Positions 33,294-45,700 of a DNA stretch of 58,694 nt are shown in pieces; position 1 is the first letter of the stretch; each line of letters opens with the position of its first letter. The stretch is from Planctomycetota bacterium (lineage in GTDB: Bacteria > Planctomycetota > PLA2 > JAEUHO01), in contig JASJDY010000055.1 in assembly GCA_030065025.1 (NCBI GenBank), positions 1-58,694 on the forward strand. Direction: 5' to 3'. Below the pieces are notes generated by a model, which saw nothing but the letters and a program-made list of their open reading frames with translations, was not told where the DNA came from and searched no databases. The position numbers and the translations under genes are program-made.

Positions 33294-34232
33294 CTATGCG
33301 CTGACGTAACGGCGCTGCAAAGGCGACCTGCGATTTGCGGCTTCGACGATCAGGTCGGCGTTGGCGATCGCGCGGTTGGCGAGCCGCGCGTGAAGACGCC
33401 AGCGGCCGTTCGTCGCGAGGAGCTTGCGCAGCGTCTCGGACCGCACGGGCACACGGACGGCGCTGTCGCTCACGTGCCGCACCGGTCGCAGCCGGATCGT
33501 CTGGCTGCTGCCCGCGTGCGAGAAGGCGAGGTGGAGGGTCGGCGACCGCCAGGGACAGCGTGGGCGGGCCATCCCGTAGCGGCCGCTGAGGAAGAGATCG
33601 ATCGTCAGGGACTCGGTGTGCGGGCCTAGCACGGGCACACGCTCGCTGGAGCCGCCGTCCGCCTGGAAGACGATGCGGCCGCGTACGTCGTCGAGGTAGT
33701 CCTCGAGTCGACGGCGCTGGTGGCGCCGTACGCCGGCCGTGACGATCAGGGCGAGGATGCCGATGGCGCCGATCACGCCGAGAGGCCTCGAGACAGGACG
33801 CACGCGCCAGGCGAGTGCGATGTTCACCGCGTGCTCGGCGCGTTCCTGGAGCTCGATGTGGGTGGGTGCGAGCCGAGCCGCCAGCTGCGCATGGCGCGCG
33901 CCGGCGAGGCCCTCGCCTGCGCCGAAGGCGGCGAGCGAGAGCACGTGATGCAGCTCGGCACTCGGGTGGTCCTTCACCACGGTGGCGAGCGCATCCGCCG
34001 TACCCGCGAGGTCGCGGGCGCGGAGGTGCCGGCGGGCCGCGGCGAGTGCTTCGACCGCGGCCGCGCCGGCGTCTTCGGGTGCGAGCGTGCGGGACAGCGC
34101 GTCCGGAAGGGCGCGCTGGGCACGTGACACCTCGGAGCGGGTGACGGCCTCGACCGACAGGGCGCCGACCACGAGGCCGACGACCACGAGACCGAGCACA
34201 CCGCGTCCGAGATGGCGAGCTCGCACCGTCAT
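33294..34232 (-). CDS. Hypothetical membrane protein
   Basis: Two hydrophobic segments flanking a TPR-like helical region; GGGAG RBS; in operon. Confidence 0.75.
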   Translation of the reverse strand: MTVRARHLGRGVLGLVVVGLVVGALSVEAVTRSEVSRAQRALPDALSRTLAPEDAGAAAVEALAAARRHLRARDLAGTADALATVVKDHPSAELHHVLSLAAFGAGEGLAGARHAQLAARLAPTHIELQERAEHAVNIALAWRVRPVSRPLGVIGAIGILALIVTAGVRRHQRRRLEDYLDDVRGRIVFQADGGSSERVPVLGPHTESLTIDLFLSGRYGMARPRCPWRSPTLHLAFSHAGSSQTIRLRPVRHVSDSAVRVPVRSETLRKLLATNGRWRLHARLANRAIANADLIVEAANRRSPLQRRYVSA

Positions 34233-34292
34233 TGGTTTCTCCCGTTGGGGGTTGGGGCAGACCGGTGGCCCGGCCGTGCCGTGGACGTGCGC

Positions 34293-35095
34293 TTAGTTGC
34301 CGGGGTAGGCGGCCAGGGCCTCTTCGATCGCCGTTGCGGGATCGGTCGGGCCGTCGGTCACCATGGCCTCCGCCGTGTCGAGGCGGACGACGCGCTCGTA
34401 CTCGTAGTACTGAAGCAGCTTGTTCTGCTCACGGAGCTTGGCGCGGATCTTGGCGATCCGTCCCTGGGCGTCGGAGTAGCCGCTGCCGCTGATCGACGCG
34501 TCGCCGACCGCGTTGCGCGTGCGCGCGGCGGCCTTGCGGGCGTGGAGCGACTCGACCTCGGCGGCCAGGACGCGGATCTCCTCGCCCAGGCGCATCTGCT
34601 CGGAGCGAGCCTGCTCGAGCGAGCCGAGCGTGGCCTGGTACTCACCCTTGAGGCGCTCGAGGTCCCGCGTACGCCGCTGGAGCAGCTCGTTGTTGGCCTC
34701 GAAGGCGCGCACACGGCGCAGCACGTGCCGGGCCTGGCGGCCGTCGGCGGGCTTCAGCGTCGCCGGTACGGCTTCGCCGCGCGAGCCGAAGTCGGTTCGC
34801 ATGGCTGCGAGTGTCTCGCGCTCGCGCTCGACCCGGACGGTGAGGGCGCGAACTTCGCGCTCCACGCCGGTAATCATGTCGCGCAGGTTCTCGGCCGCGA
34901 CTTCGCCGCGAATGATGCTCTCGGCGTAGGCGTCGACCTGGGCCTGGGCTTCGGCCAGCTGGTTCGTCAGGGGCACTTCGGAGGTCAGGGCATCGCGTAC
35001 GGCAGTCCTGACGGAACCGACGCTGGACTTGATCACGTCGGTGCCGACGAAGGCAGCCACACCGATAGCCAACAGGGCGATCAGAGCGATCTTCT

Positions 35096-35099
<4 letters not shown>
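34293..35099 (-). CDS. Membrane-anchored coiled-coil protein, PspA-like
   Basis: GTG start overlaps the kinase TGA; N-terminal hydrophobic helix followed by long heptad helices; PspA likeness is judged from pattern only. Confidence 0.65.
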
Positions 35100-36841
<1,742 letters not shown>

Positions 36842-36894
36842 GGCGGGTCGTCCTCCTCGGTCCATGGTCGCTGCGTTGCCCACGGCAGCGCTAG

Positions 36895-36910
36895 CACAAG
36901 TGGTGTGCCA
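36895..36910 (-). promoter_or_regulatory. Probable sigma54 promoter of the kinase operon
   Basis: TGGCAC-ACCAC-TTGTG (GT instead of GC at -12); AT-rich IHF-like tract at about 36938-36966. Confidence 0.6.
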
Positions 36911-37005
36911 GGGCCGAGAGACTCCCGCAATTCCGTCGTAACCCCCTGTCGGAAAATGAGTTTAGACGAGGGGCGGGGGTTGCGCAGGTGGGGGTGAGGT
37001 GTCCT

Positions 37006-37026
37006 CGTTGAAAGAAACGTTCAACG
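37006..37026. promoter_or_regulatory. Candidate enhancer (activator-binding) inverted repeat
   Basis: CGTTGAA-N7-TTCAACG about 100 bp upstream of the -24 box. Confidence 0.5.
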
Positions 37027-37054
37027 CCAGACCGAACGATTTGTCAGATCGCGT

Positions 37055-37150
37055 CGTGCCGGTGCCTCTGCCCGTGCCAGTGCCCGCCCGTGCCCGTGCC
37101 CGCCGCGGACGAAGAGCCCGGGCACCGGCACCGGCACCGGCAGAGGCACG
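37055..37150. repeat. Family A hexamer-periodic palindrome
   Basis: cgtgccggtgcctctgcc...ggcaccggcaccggcagaggcacg. Confidence 0.8.
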
Positions 37151-37174
37151 GCGCCTGTCGCTGCAGCACGACCC

Positions 37175-39022
37175 TCACAGGCCATACTCCCGGATCTTCC
37201 GATTCAAGGTGGGCCAGCTGATCCCCAGCACCGCCGCCGCCGCGCCCTTCTTGCCCCCCGTGTGCTCCAGCGCGGCCTTCACGGCGCGCTTCTCGGCCTC
37301 ACGGATGGTCATCACCTCGCTCGGTACCTGCGGGGCGTCCTCGTCGTGCACCCGGCGCTCGCGGATTTCCTGCGGCAGGTCGCTCGCCGTGATCGTGTCG
37401 CCTTCCAGCAGCACGAGTGCGCGCTCCAGCACGTTCAGCAGCTCGCGCACGTTGCCCGGCCACGGATAGGCCTGCAGCACCGCGCGCGCGTCCTCCGCGA
37501 GTCGCGGCACGCGGCGACCCAGCTGCGCCGCCAGTCGTTCGAGCGAGGCTTCAGCGATCACGATCACGTCGCCCGTGCGCTCGCGCAGCGGCGGCACGTC
37601 GAGCTCGAGGACCTGCAGGCGGTAGAAGAGGTCTTCGCGGAACGTGCCGTCCTTCACCATCTTGCGCAGGTCGCGGTTCGTCGCCGCGAGCACGCGGCAG
37701 CGCATCGGCAGCATCTCCTTGCCGCCGACGCGACGGAACGTGCCCTCGGAGAGCACGCGCAGCAGCTTCGCCTGGAGCTGCGCCGGCAGCTCGCCGACCT
37801 CGTCGAGGAAGAGCGTGCCGTCCGCGGCTTGTGCGATGCGGCCCTCGCGACGGTCGGTGGCGCCGGTGAACGCGCCCTTCTCGTGGCCGAAGAACTCACT
37901 CTCGAGCAGGCCTTCTACGAGCGCCGCGCAGTTGAGCGCCACGAAGGGGCGCGTTGCGCGTGTGCTCTCCGCGTGCAGATGCCGCGCGACGAGCTCCTTG
38001 CCGGTGCCCGTCTCGCCCGTGATCAGCACGGGCGAGTCGGCGGCGGCCGCCTTGCGGATGAGCGTGCGCACCGCTTCGACGCTCTCGTGCTCGCCGAGGA
38101 AGGGCGGCGCCTCACCGGTCGTCACGGCCTGGAGGCGGCGCACCTCCTCGCGCGCGCCGAGCAGCGCGCGGAGGTTGCGCAGGGCCAGTGCCGCCTGACG
38201 CGCCGCGGCGGCGAGCGCACGCAGGTCGCCTTCGGTGTACGCGTCGGGCGACTCGGCCTCGACGCTGACGAAGCCCAGGACGCCTTCTGCGACCTTCAGC
38301 GGCGCAGCGAGCATCGACCGGTAGCGGCTGCGCACCATCGACTTGCCGCCGGCGCCGGCCTCGGGGTCGTGGGCGTCGCGAATCAGCACCGCCTCGCCGC
38401 CCTCGAGGACGCGCTGGCGCAGTGTGCTCGAGGCGGGGGGCGTCGCGGCCTCGGGATGCGCCGCCGCGACCTCGATCGCGCCGCCCGCGCCCCGCAGACA
38501 GACGAGCGCACGTTCGGGCGCGAACGCCTCGACCATCAGTCCGAGCAGGTCACCGAGCATCGCGGGAATCTCGGCTGCGTCGGCGCACGCGACGGCACCG
38601 TCGCAGACGAACCGAAGGCGGCGTATCGCGCCCTCGCCTGCGGCCTCGACGGCGGGGTCGGCTGCGTCCGGATCGAGCGCGGCCTGCACGTCGTCGTTCG
38701 CCTGGCCTTCGACGACCGTGATGCGGTCGCTGCCGTCGCCGCTGAGGTAGCGCAGCTGCGTATCGCCGATGCGGATGACGTCGCCGTCGAACAGCCGCGC
38801 CGGACCGTCGACGCGCTCGCCGTTCAGCCACGTGCCGTTGCTGGACTTGAGGTCCTCGAGCGTGACGACGTCGCTCGCGACCTCGATGCGCGCATGGCGC
38901 CGTGAGGTCGTCTCATCGAAGAGGCGCAGGTCACAGGCCTCGTGCCGGCCGAGCAGGATGTTCGCCTCGAGGTCGAGGCGATCCGGATCGCAGCGGCCTT
39001 CGAGGAGCTCCAGCCTGCGCAT
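37175..39022 (-). CDS. Sigma54 enhancer-binding protein, FHA-GAF-AAA+-Fis HTH
   Basis: FHA LGR..SRRHA..SSNGT; GAF region; GETGTGKE, GAFTGA, FLDEVGE, FREDLFYRL, WPGNVREL; C-terminal HTH. Confidence 0.95.
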   Translation of the reverse strand: MRRLELLEGRCDPDRLDLEANILLGRHEACDLRLFDETTSRRHARIEVASDVVTLEDLKSSNGTWLNGERVDGPARLFDGDVIRIGDTQLRYLSGDGSDRITVVEGQANDDVQAALDPDAADPAVEAAGEGAIRRLRFVCDGAVACADAAEIPAMLGDLLGLMVEAFAPERALVCLRGAGGAIEVAAAHPEAATPPASSTLRQRVLEGGEAVLIRDAHDPEAGAGGKSMVRSRYRSMLAAPLKVAEGVLGFVSVEAESPDAYTEGDLRALAAAARQAALALRNLRALLGAREEVRRLQAVTTGEAPPFLGEHESVEAVRTLIRKAAAADSPVLITGETGTGKELVARHLHAESTRATRPFVALNCAALVEGLLESEFFGHEKGAFTGATDRREGRIAQAADGTLFLDEVGELPAQLQAKLLRVLSEGTFRRVGGKEMLPMRCRVLAATNRDLRKMVKDGTFREDLFYRLQVLELDVPPLRERTGDVIVIAEASLERLAAQLGRRVPRLAEDARAVLQAYPWPGNVRELLNVLERALVLLEGDTITASDLPQEIRERRVHDEDAPQVPSEVMTIREAEKRAVKAALEHTGGKKGAAAAVLGISWPTLNRKIREYGL

Positions 39023-39024
39023 GG

Positions 39025-39384
39025 CTACATCGTCACGGCCGTGCGGCCTTCGGAGAGGAGGAGCGCGAGGTAGGTGGGGTCCGCGACCTCGGCGCCCTCA
39101 CGCACAGCGTCCGTTTCGTACTGGCGGCGCTCGAAGGAGGGACGGTCGAGGTACGCACGTCCGCCCGCCTCGACGATGGCCTGCCACGACTCGGCGGCGG
39201 TCTCGGGCAGCGGCTCCGCCAGCGTCTCGGCGACGCCTTCGACGCCCAGGCGGACGCCCTCGCCGCTGAGCCACAGCGCGACGTCGTGCCCGCCGCGAGC
39301 GGACGAGGCCGCGGTGAGGAGGGCGGTGGCCGCGCGATCGGGATCGTCGGTCGAGTGGTGCAGGACGTAGATGATGGAGGCCAT
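39025..39384 (-). CDS. DsrE-like small protein
   Basis: DDPDRAATAL...GHDVALWLSGEGV pattern; 119 aa; no Cys. Confidence 0.65.
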   Translation of the reverse strand: MASIIYVLHHSTDDPDRAATALLTAASSARGGHDVALWLSGEGVRLGVEGVAETLAEPLPETAAESWQAIVEAGGRAYLDRPSFERRQYETDAVREGAEVADPTYLALLLSEGRTAVTM

Positions 39385-39468
39385 GGGAGGGAGGGAGTGT
39401 ACCGAGCCCCACGCAGCCGCAGCTGTGAACGTTCACGAGTTGATGATCGGCCCGCTATCCTCCGCGCC

Positions 39469-40269
39469 GTGCCGTCCCGCCCCCTCATCACCGACGAGCC
39501 CGTAGACCGCCTCTTCTCGAGGCCGGTGGCCGGGCTCATCGTGAAGGTGCTGGCGCCGACGCGCGTCACCGCCAATCAGGTCACGTGCTTCAACGCCCTG
39601 CTCGGCGTCGCCATCGGTACCTGCCTCTGGTTCGCATGGGCTGTCCCCGCCGCGATCTGCATCGGCGCCTACCTCGCGTTCGACTGCGTCGACGGCCAGC
39701 TCTCCCGCCTGCGCGGCGGCGGCGGCTACCTCGGTCGCGCGATGGACGGGTGGGGGGACTACGTGACGGCGATCGCCGTCCACATCGGTCTCGCGGGCTG
39801 GATCGCGACGGGCCAGGGTTGGTGGGCCGCAGGCGCGCTGACCTTCGGCGCCGCCGCCGGCATGGCCTGGGCCTCGTTCCTCCTCGACCGCTACAAGCGG
39901 CGCTACACGGGCAGCACGGACGACATCGAGGAGATCCAGCGTGAGGCGGCCGAGCGTGGCGGGTTCGCCGGACGGCTGGTGATCGGCATGCTGCCGTACG
40001 CGAAGCGGCTCGACACGGAGGGCGTCGTGATCGCGGACCGCGCGGCCTACCAGCAGCGCGTGCGCATCCCGATGCTGATGTGGCTGCTCAACGGCCCGAC
40101 GATGCACTTCACCGTGATGGCCGTCTGCTGCGTGCTGGCGCGCCCGACCCTCTACGCGTTCATCGCCGTGGGTCCGATGCTCGTGGTCACGCTGCTGACG
40201 CTCTGGATCCAGCGCAGCCTCGAGACGCGGGAGCCGGCCGTCGTGGGGCGACGGAGCGCGCAGAGCTAG
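39469..40269 (+). CDS. CDP-alcohol phosphatidyltransferase family protein
   Basis: TANQVT and signature DCVDGQLSR...GRAMDGWGD; several TM segments. Confidence 0.9.
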   Translation: MPSRPLITDEPVDRLFSRPVAGLIVKVLAPTRVTANQVTCFNALLGVAIGTCLWFAWAVPAAICIGAYLAFDCVDGQLSRLRGGGGYLGRAMDGWGDYVTAIAVHIGLAGWIATGQGWWAAGALTFGAAAGMAWASFLLDRYKRRYTGSTDDIEEIQREAAERGGFAGRLVIGMLPYAKRLDTEGVVIADRAAYQQRVRIPMLMWLLNGPTMHFTVMAVCCVLARPTLYAFIAVGPMLVVTLLTLWIQRSLETREPAVVGRRSAQS

Positions 40270-40302
40270 ACTCTCCACGGCACCTGACCGAGGAGGGTTC
40301 TC

Positions 40303-41256
40303 ATGCACCGTCGCACGTGGTCGCTGTTCGTCGTTTCCGGCTTGATCGCGACGCTGCTCCTTGCGCTCACGCCGGCCGTCGCGGAGAAGCCGCTCTCGAG
40401 TCCGGCACAGTTGCGCGAGCAGGCGACGCACATCGTGCTCGGCACCGTCGAGCGGGTGCATCCGCGAGTGCGACGGCACGGTGACTGGGAGCACGTCGAG
40501 TACCTGGCCGAGGTGACGGTCGCCGCCGTGGAGAAGGGCGAGGACCTTCCGCTCGATCGGCCGCTCTACGTTCGCTACTGGACGAAGGCGTGGAAGGGCA
40601 AGGGCGCCCCGACCGCGACGGGATCGGGCGGGCATGCGCCCTTGCCGAAGGAGGGCACCGCCGCGCGCCTATACCTCGCCCGCAACGCCTACGACGGCTT
40701 CGGGACCGAGCGGCACGACGGCGGCTATCACATCCTCGGCGTGAACGGCACGCAGCCCCTGACGGCCGAGGAGATGAAGAGGGCCGCTGACGCGGCGGCG
40801 CCGAAGGAGGCGCCGAGCTTCCCCATGTCGTGGCGTGGCGTATGGCAGGGCACGCTGAAGATCACGCCACCAGGCGGCAAGCAGGCCGAGACCCGCATGT
40901 TCATCGCCATTCGGCCGACGGATGACCCCAAGCGCTGGGAGTTCCGGCTCGGCTACGGGCAGCAGCCCCAGCGCAAGTACGAGCTCGTGGTGCGCGACGC
41001 TGCCAAGGGGCGCTACGCCATCGACGAGAAGAACGGCATCGTGCTGCCCGCCACGTATGCGGACGGCGAGCTGTTCTCCTACTTCTCGCTGAATGGGAGC
41101 ATCCTCCTCGCGCGCTACCGGCTCGTGGGTGACTTCCTCCACTTCGACCTCACGCAGACGCGCCTCGCGCCGGATGTGAAGACCGGCGGCCAGGGCACGC
41201 CGGAGGTCGGCGGCCACGACGTGCGCGTCGTACAGCGCGCCGTGCTGCGGCGCTGA
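40303..41256 (+). CDS. Secreted two-domain hypothetical protein
   Basis: GGAGG RBS, signal peptide; two beta-rich domains joined by an Ala-rich linker. Confidence 0.8.
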   Translation: MHRRTWSLFVVSGLIATLLLALTPAVAEKPLSSPAQLREQATHIVLGTVERVHPRVRRHGDWEHVEYLAEVTVAAVEKGEDLPLDRPLYVRYWTKAWKGKGAPTATGSGGHAPLPKEGTAARLYLARNAYDGFGTERHDGGYHILGVNGTQPLTAEEMKRAADAAAPKEAPSFPMSWRGVWQGTLKITPPGGKQAETRMFIAIRPTDDPKRWEFRLGYGQQPQRKYELVVRDAAKGRYAIDEKNGIVLPATYADGELFSYFSLNGSILLARYRLVGDFLHFDLTQTRLAPDVKTGGQGTPEVGGHDVRVVQRAVLRR

Positions 41257-41259
41257 TCT

Positions 41260-41970
41260 TCATCCGGCGCGTCGAAGCGGTGAATCTCCCGCCTCGTCGA
41301 GCCCGTAGCCCACGCCGTACCGGGTGGTGATCAGGAATGCCGCTGGGCCGAGCTTGCGGCGTATCTCCTTCACGTGCATGTCGACCGCGCGCGAGACGCC
41401 CGCGTCCACGCTGTGCAGCAGGCCGCGGGACAAGGACTGGCGCGATACGTAGTGCCCGGCGGCGGCGGCAAGGCGCCACAAGATGGCGAACTCCGTTCGC
41501 GTGAGCGGCAGCTCGACGTCCTCGAGCTGCGCTCGCGCAGCGATCCGGTCGAGCAGCAACGGCCCGACGCGCCGCACGGTCCGAGGTAGGCGAGCGGTCG
41601 TCCGCCTGAGCAGCGCGGCCAGACGGGCCTGGAACGACGGACGCGCCATCCGATGGCGCTTGACGAAGTCGTCCGCGCCCGCGTCGAAGAGCGCGAGCTC
41701 GTCATCCTCCTCGGCATCGCTCGCAACGAGCACGACGAGCGTTCGCTCGAGCTCCTCGTCCATGCGCACGAGCCTGCAGATGCTGACGCCTACGGCCACG
41801 CCCAACGTGTCGAGATCCAGCAGCAGGAGCTGCGGGCGCCAGCTGCGAACGAGCGCCATCGCCTCATGCGGGCGTTCGGAGGAGCGGGCCTCGACGCCCT
41901 CGCGCGGCAAGGTGGATCCGATGCGCGGCTGCTTTCGATGTCGGTCTTCGACGACCAGCAGGCGCGCCAT
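41260..41970 (-). CDS. OmpR/PhoB-family response regulator with degenerate receiver
   Basis: LLVVED, LLLLD, GADDF; winged helix LTRTEF..RAVDMHVKEIRRKLG..TRYGVGY. Confidence 0.85.
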   Translation of the reverse strand: MARLLVVEDRHRKQPRIGSTLPREGVEARSSERPHEAMALVRSWRPQLLLLDLDTLGVAVGVSICRLVRMDEELERTLVVLVASDAEEDDELALFDAGADDFVKRHRMARPSFQARLAALLRRTTARLPRTVRRVGPLLLDRIAARAQLEDVELPLTRTEFAILWRLAAAAGHYVSRQSLSRGLLHSVDAGVSRAVDMHVKEIRRKLGPAAFLITTRYGVGYGLDEAGDSPLRRAG

Positions 41971-42127
41971 GAGCGTGAGGTGGCTTCCGCGGTTGATCCC
42001 GCCACATCGCGTCTCTCGTCGATTGCCTATCGACCCCCGAATGCTCCGGCTGAACCGTTCACCCACAATCGCGTCGCACGATGAGACCGACGCGTCAACG
42101 GGAGACGCTATCCGCGTGGGGCTCCGC

Positions 42128-42685
42128 TCAGGAGTCGAGCCGTCGTCTGAGTCGACCCTCGAGCGACTTCAGGATGCGGCGCACCGTGCGCTCGCTGCAG
42201 CCGGCCTCCGTCGCGATGGCTTCCTGGGTCTTGCCCTGGAGGCGCAGCGCGAGGATGCGGCGCTCCTCTTCCTCGAGCTCGGCGAAGATGGTCTCGAGTG
42301 CGTCGTGAAAGGCGACCGCGTGGTCGGGGCCGTGCGTCGGATCGGCGACCTCGCGTGCGGACTCGATCGGCACCTGGCGACCGAGGTCGCGCTTCTCGCG
42401 TGTGTGGTAGCGCACGCGCTCACGCACCTTCGTCAGCGCGATGGCACACAGGAGACTCCACAACGCGTCGCCGTCCTCGAGCACGTACGGGTTGTCGTCC
42501 ATGCGCCGGAGGAACGTACGACAGACCGACTGTGCGACGCTGTCCGGCGTGATGCGCGGACGTAGTCCAGGCGCGATGGCGCCTCGGGCGATGCGCTCCA
42601 GTGCCGGTCGATAGCGCTGGACGAACGCAGCCATGGCGCGTTCGTCTCCAGCGCGAAGTCCAACAATGAGATCGGCGTCATCCAT
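42128..42685 (-). CDS. ECF sigma factor, kinase-associated type
   Basis: LRAGDERA, VAQSVCRTF, LWSLLCAIA, ILALRLQGKTQEAIATEAGCSERTVRR. Confidence 0.88.
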   Translation of the reverse strand: MDDADLIVGLRAGDERAMAAFVQRYRPALERIARGAIAPGLRPRITPDSVAQSVCRTFLRRMDDNPYVLEDGDALWSLLCAIALTKVRERVRYHTREKRDLGRQVPIESAREVADPTHGPDHAVAFHDALETIFAELEEEERRILALRLQGKTQEAIATEAGCSERTVRRILKSLEGRLRRRLDS

Positions 42686-42715
42686 GCAAGGGGCGCGGAG
42701 GATATCATCCCGCGC

Positions 42716-45700
42716 ATGTCGAATGCCGTGTCGCCCATTGACGAGACCCGCCGCCGGGAATTCGAGCGGCAGTGGATCGAGCAGGGGCATGCGCAGATCG
42801 AAGATCATCTGCCCGAGCGCGGCGACCCGGCGTTCAGCGCGACCTTGATCGAGCTCGTGTGCATCGACATGGAGATGCGCTCCCGGCTCGGCGAGCCTCC
42901 CTCTGTGTCCGACTACGTGCGTGCGTACGACTTCGAGGGCGAGGAGCGCATGCGCCTCAAGGAAGAGGCGGCGTACCTCGCGCGCCGACGTATCCAACGC
43001 GGTAGCCGCATCGGACGGTACGTGCTGGAAGAGGTGCGTGGGCAGGGCGCGTTCGCCGCCGTATGGCGGGCGCGTGACCCCGACCTCGGTCGCGTCGTCG
43101 CCCTGAAGCGTCTGCGTCCCGCGCTCGCCACCGATGAAGAAGCCCGCGAGCGGTTCCGCCGCGAGGCGCGGAGCGCCGCGCGCCTCAGGCATCCAGCCAT
43201 CGTCACGGTGCACGAGGTCGGAGAGGACGTCTCGGGGCCGTTCCTCGTCTCGGACTTCATTCCGGGACCCACGCTCGGTGACGCGCTGAAGAAGCGTGCG
43301 TACACGCCCGACGAGGCCGCCGAGCTCGTGACGCGACTGGCCGACGCGCTGGACTACGCGCATCAGTTCGGGATCGTGCACCGGGACGTGAAGCCCTCCA
43401 ATGTCCTGCTCGACGAAGCCGGGCGGCCCCTTCTGACCGACTTCGGGTTGGCGCGACTGGGCGAGGCGGACGCCACGCTCACGCGGCAGGGGCAACTCCT
43501 GGGCACGCCCGCCTACATGTCGCCTGAGCAGGCGCGTGGCGACGTGGATGCGATCGATCGACGCAGCGACGTCTACAGTCTGGGCGTCGTGCTGTACGAG
43601 CTGCTGTGCGGGCGACCGCCGTTCCAGGGCGAGACGGCGACGTTGTTCTACGCCGTCGTGCACAAGGACGTGCCGAGACCGCGCAAGCTGCGACGCGAGA
43701 TCCCTGCGGACCTCGAGACGATCTGCCTCAAGGCCATCAGCCGCGAGCCGGATCGACGCTATCCCACCGCCGACGCCCTCGCCGACGATCTGCGGCGCTA
43801 TCTCGCGCGTCAGCCGATCGAGGCGCGGCAGGCCGGCGTGCTCGGACGCGTTGCGCTATGGGCGCGGCGCAACCCGGCAATCGCGGCGAGTCTGGTCGTC
43901 ATCGCAGTCGTCGTCGGGATCGCATTCCAGCGTGTACTGACCGAGCGAACGCGCTTCGAGGACGCGCACCGACAGTCGCAGGCCAACCTCTATCGCTCGC
44001 TCGTGCGTCAAGCAGAGGCCCAGCTGGCGTTGCCGCGCGGCGCCGGTCGCGAGGCAGCATGGACCAGCGTGCAGGATGCGACGCGGGTCGAGACCGCCGA
44101 GCGCGACATCGTGGAGTTGCGCAACCTCGCGCTGCGCTACCTGACCGCCGAAGGACCCCACTTCCGCGAGGCGGGAAGGTGGCGCTCGGAGGAGAAGATC
44201 ACGCGGTTGGCGCTCTCGCCGGACGGGACGAAGCTCGCCGAAGTCGGCCCCTCCGGCACGTACCTCCGCGATGCGGCGACGGGGAGCGTCCTACGTCACA
44301 TCGCGAAGCCGGCCCGTGCCGTCAGCTTCGCCCCGAACGGCGCGACGATCGCCGTCGCCCGTGACCGCTTCGTGCACATGCTCGATGCGACGACGCTCGC
44401 CGAGCGCGCCTCGTTTCCGTGCACGGCGCCTCCGGAGGCGATCGCGTTCGATCATGCGGGCGCGCGAGTCGCGTGCGTCTCACGGGACGGGCCGGCCGAG
44501 GTCTTCGCACTGACGACGGACGGCGCCCGTCGCGCGCTCGAGCTTCCTCACGCGGGCCACGACGTCGCCTTCGGCGCCTTCGACACGCTGACGCTCGCCT
44601 GCGTCGACGGCGGCATCCGGCAGGTCGACCTGGCGACGGCTGAGATCCGCTGGACGCAGCACTTCGAGGAGCCCGTCCGGCAGGTCGTGTCGGCGGGCCA
44701 GCGCGTCGCCGCCTTCAGCTGGGAGCGATTGCGCTTCACGATCTTCGACGCGCAGGGCGGCGGCCAGCGACATCCCGAGGGTCTCCACGAGGCATCACTG
44801 CGCACCGTCGCTTTCGGGCCGGGCGGGTACGTCCTGACGGCGTCGTCCGACGGCGTCGTCGCCGCGTACGACAAGCAGCTGGCACGCACGACGGAGCAGC
44901 GCGTCGCCGGCGCGATCCACCTGGCCGCAGTCGGCGGCGGACGCATCCTGGCGCTCGATCGGGATGGTGAGCGGACGCTGTGGCAGATGACGGTGCCCCG
45001 AGGTCGCGCGAGCTTCAGCGCCGAGCACCGGGCGAGATTCCTGCCCGGGCAGCTGCGGCTCTTCGACGGTCGCCGGATCCTCGACTGTGAGAACGGCTTG
45101 CGCGCCGTGTCGCCGACGGCGCATGCGGACAGCGCGGTGTGGGGCGTGGCGGTGGATCCCGCGGGGCGGCGTCTTGCGCGCTCGACGCACAACGGACGCA
45201 TCGAGCTGCTCGACGCGACCACGCTCGAGCGTGTCCATCTCCTTCTTCCCAAGGGACCGCTCGCGTGGACGACGGCGTTCAGCCCGGACGGACGCGTGCT
45301 CGCCTCGGGCAGCGGCAACGACGTCTTGCTCTTCGACACGGAGAGCGGGGAGATGCTGCACCGTCTCCAGGGGCACGAGCGCTTCGTCTCCGGTCTGGCG
45401 TTTCGCGGCGACGAGCTGATCTCCGCCTCCCAGGACTGGACCCTCCGGACGTGGAGCTGGCGCTCGGGTCGAGCCCTCGGCGTTCTCGCCCGCCGCACGC
45501 GCGTCTATGACCTGCACGTGGAGGGCGACACCGTGTATGCCGCCTGTCGCGACGGCTGTCTGCGCATCTGGGAGCCGGCGCACACGGATCCACATGTCGT
45601 GCGCGTCGGCGCGGAACCCCTCTGGGCGGTCGGACCTGGCCCGGGAGGGCTGATCGCGACCGGCTCCCAGGCCGGGGAGATCCACCTCCTCGCTCCGGAC

